Notes under the pieces: model-generated
What the model was told of the DNA's origin: nothing
Database searches by the model: none
What the model saw: the letters and a program-made list of their open reading frames with translations, nothing else
Translations under genes and position numbers: made by a program
NCBI GenBank assembly: GCA_013115125.1
Contig: JABANN010000370.1
Location: forward strand, 1 to 34,685
Length of the DNA: 34,685 nt
Direction: 5' to 3'
Source of the DNA: Perkinsus olseni
Lineage: Eukaryota
Part shown: positions 32,119-34,685 of the stretch, one piece after another
How the letters are laid out: each line of letters begins with the position of its first letter
Position numbering within the stretch: position 1 is the first letter of the stretch

Positions 32119-33251
32119 GGTAGATCGAGAAGACTGTCGCTAGAAGGGAGCCACTCACAGCTTCTCAGAGCAAGATGCCGCAACTCCATCTAAGGGCTCG
32201 AACTCATTTCGACTGTCTGGCGATGAACATGTATTGACAACGCAAGCTGATATGAGCGGGAAAACTGGGAACGATCTTCCTTACGACTGTGCCGGTGATG
32301 GCACCGCTCTCCTCCCGAATCTTGGTCCGTGCTACTACTCAATCAGTAGTACTGATCAATATGCCCTTATGACATACGACGACGGGCTGCCAAGCTAACC
32401 CAGCTTTGCTGAGCTGAGCTCTGCGGGAGAAAGTTGGCTGCAGTTGACATCGCCATCGAGTTGTGCAGCAATAAATTCCGTCGACTCACCACTAGAGGCC
32501 CGCTCGGAATGAATCGCTTCGAGCTCATAGGACATCTTGGGCTCGGTCACCTGCCTTTTATCAGCAGCATGCGATTGGTTCGCCCATGCACCCATCGCCC
32601 CTAGGGAGGCTTCTGTTCGCAGCCTCAAGAGCGAACCTGAGTCCATCGTTCCTGAGGCAAGAGTAGCGCTTGCTCGACAGGAGAGGAATTTATGAGAGCC
32701 GCTCGACTAGGCTCCGCCGAGCGTTGTGGATGCTCTAGTTGCATCAACAATGCCAGCGGCTGCATTCCAAAAAAAACTACATCACAGCTTTACGCCGATC
32801 AAGGCATGCCCGCTGCGAAGCGGCCCGGCAGTTGGCTGATGCCTCAGTACTCTGGTGCTTTTCCCTCATTCCCCTGCATCGCGTGCAACTGCTCCCAGTT
32901 TGAACTTAGGAAAGGCGTGCCCGTTGACCAGAAATCAGCTTATCGAACACCCGGTAGAAATTGCCGTTTTTAAAGTTTTCGTTCGACACTCAAAAACATC
33001 CCAGTTCCCATAAGCATACTCAACACTCAAATGGATGGTTGAAATAACCGATATGATAAGGCAGGACCATGAGATGAGTCTCACCAGCAACAAGAGGGTG
33101 TAGCCGACAATTGATAATTTCGACTGGGAGCGAGTCCCTGTTTGGGGCTGCTTCGTTCAAGAAATAGAAAGAGAGCGTGTATGCCGAACCGCTGTAATGG
33201 GAGTCCGTCCTTGCACACCTTCTGGGTCGGACCGGTAGCTATTAACGGCAC

Positions 33252-34458
33252 TCAGAGGCGTTCAGTCAAGCCGATAGACTTCGTATCGTAGAAGAACTGA
33301 ACATAATGTGAGTCAAAGAAAGCATCTCCCAGGAGCCAATCCCAGTCGAGTTGTTCTTCAGCCGTGGCACGCAGGTCGAAGGTGCAATACTCCTCCACAA
33401 TGAACAGGAGCTTCGAGAGACGCACCCGAGCTGTATAAGGCACGGAAGATGTTTGTAGTCCAAACCCTATGGTCGAGTCCTTAAGGGCGTCCAGATTGAA
33501 GTCTTTACATTTACCGTACCAGTAGATCTGATCGAAGGAACTCTTCACCCTAGCCTGGTGCAGCTCTCGGCCGCTGCGAACACCCAGAATATCTGCTATA
33601 GCTTGGAACGCTTCCGCGACTACTTCGTAGGGTCCATATATAAAGGCCCTTTATCAGGGAATACAGGGAATAGATACTGGCTCGCCCTTTATTAAAGGGC
33701 GAGCCAGTATCTATTCCAACCACCGCGCTGCGTACGTCGATGGGATAGTACTGTGATGGGCCGCCACCGGCGACGACAAGGCTTTCCATATTCACCTGCC
33801 ATCTATCTTGGCTTGTCGAAGTGAAGTACACTTGCGGTACACGAAAGCCTCCACCGAACGTCACGAGTTTCGTATCACGCGTAAGGGCTATGGACGCAAC
33901 CGCTGAGTCGATAGCGCCAGCAGAGACCAGCTGGTAGACGAAGTGATCCTTCTTGCCTGGATGCCCCCATTCCGGCTCCAAGCCGATAGAAGCTGGTGGG
34001 TGAGCGGCGGGACATCCTTTCCACGACGTCATGAGACCGAACCTGAAGTTTTTGATCTTGTGCTGCTGAATCTCCAAGAGACCGTCATAGACGAAGAATT
34101 CAGCCCTGCAGATACCATAGTTGACATGTAGGAGCTTGGGCTTATTCGTGGTACATTTGCTCGTCTTGCAACTGATGCATCCAAATGACCATTTTTTGCA
34201 GGCTTCCGAGCCGAAGCTCTCAAGGTGGGGTATCAGGGTCCAGCCAGCACCAGTGTCAATGAATGGGTGCAGCAGCTGACCGTCTATGAATATAGTAATC
34301 GACTTGAGCGTGGACGATCCTTCGATACTCGAGTTCCTCACAGGGACCTCAATTATTCCGCCGTTCAGGACTCGGTGACGGTCCTTGTTGGTCGAATTGA
34401 TCTGTGCGTACGGCAGATCAAATAGGACACCGAGGATGAGGCACGAGAGGTATATCAT
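33252..34458 (-). pseudogene. Pepsin-family (A1) aspartic protease with signal peptide, frameshifted by a 52-nt insertion (pseudogene unless the insert is spliced out)
   Basis: Signal peptide MIYLSCLILGVLFDLPYA; catalytic motifs FIDTGAG and GIDTGS; flap YG; C-terminal WLLGDAFFDSHYVQF..IGL in a second frame. Removing 52 nt gives one 384-aa ORF reading DTGS(P/A)FIYGP. Confidence 0.8.
33667..33717. repeat. Perfect 24-bp inverted repeat with a 3-nt loop (hairpin)
   Basis: GGAATAGATACTGGCTCGCCCTTT-ATT-AAAGGGCGAGCCAGTATCTATTCC. Confidence 0.97.
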
Positions 34459-34685
34459 GTTGATCAAATCCTTGAAGAAGTGATGACTGAAGACAAGGCA
34501 ATTCTCATCCCACACTAGGTGTCATCGCTACTTTATCGAATATGTGCGTCTCCGACGTTCACATGCGCAAAGGTAACATGCGTGTATAATCAGCGGGCGC
34601 CATATTCTGTCCCTCTGTTACGCTCCGTCTATGTTTATGCGTGCAGAGTAGTCTGGGCAATAGCTCTTTCATAAGATCCATCTCA

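Noticed and set aside
32200-33240. Short ORFs 32395-32646 (-) and 32692-32973 (+) with some splice-like signals
   Set aside because: No recognisable motif or consistent exon chain; possibly a decayed gene, but not supportable.
33667-33717. Hairpin as a MITE or a terminator
   Set aside because: One arm is the protease's own coding sequence (GIDTGSPF), so it is a local inverted copy rather than terminal repeats of an element; no U-tract, and the context is eukaryotic.
30983-34458. Idea that the protease is a plasmepsin V/ASP5-like maturase for the neighbouring secreted protein
   Set aside because: The protease has no C-terminal transmembrane anchor and the neighbour has no RxLxE/Q/D motif; adjacency alone is not evidence.
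1-34685. CRISPR arrays, rRNA, tRNA, transposase or reverse-transcriptase genes
   Set aside because: No repeat-spacer structure, cloverleaf or RT/integrase/transposase motifs were seen by eye; small RNAs could be missed without covariance searches.

Overview
Gene-dense eukaryotic DNA with many short (~40-90 nt) GT-AG introns. It most resembles the alveolate parasite Perkinsus (an inference from intron style and gene content, not from a search). Recognisable genes are a single-ORF GBF1/Gea-type Sec7 ARF-GEF, the AP-3 mu subunit, RNA polymerase subunit RPB12, two EF-hand proteins and a pepsin-family aspartic protease. Manual splicing reveals several things the ORF track misses. (i) A 277-aa protein has an N-terminal signal peptide and a C-terminal PPRKRPR NLS-like motif, making it a candidate host-nucleus effector. 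(ii) A 52-nt templated fold-back insertion frameshifts the protease right after its second catalytic DTG motif, and it could be removed as a GC-AG intron. (iii) An MGCxxS-start tandem-WWE ADP-ribosyltransferase is predicted to be lipid-anchored. (iv) Two tandem paralogs share an unrecognised domain plus a variant CW-type zinc finger, with identical intron positions. (v) A 75-aa protein has a myristoylation motif and a twin-CX9C domain. No rRNA, tRNA, CRISPR or intact mobile element was seen. Multi-exon gene boundaries are hand-derived and approximate unless exons are listed.
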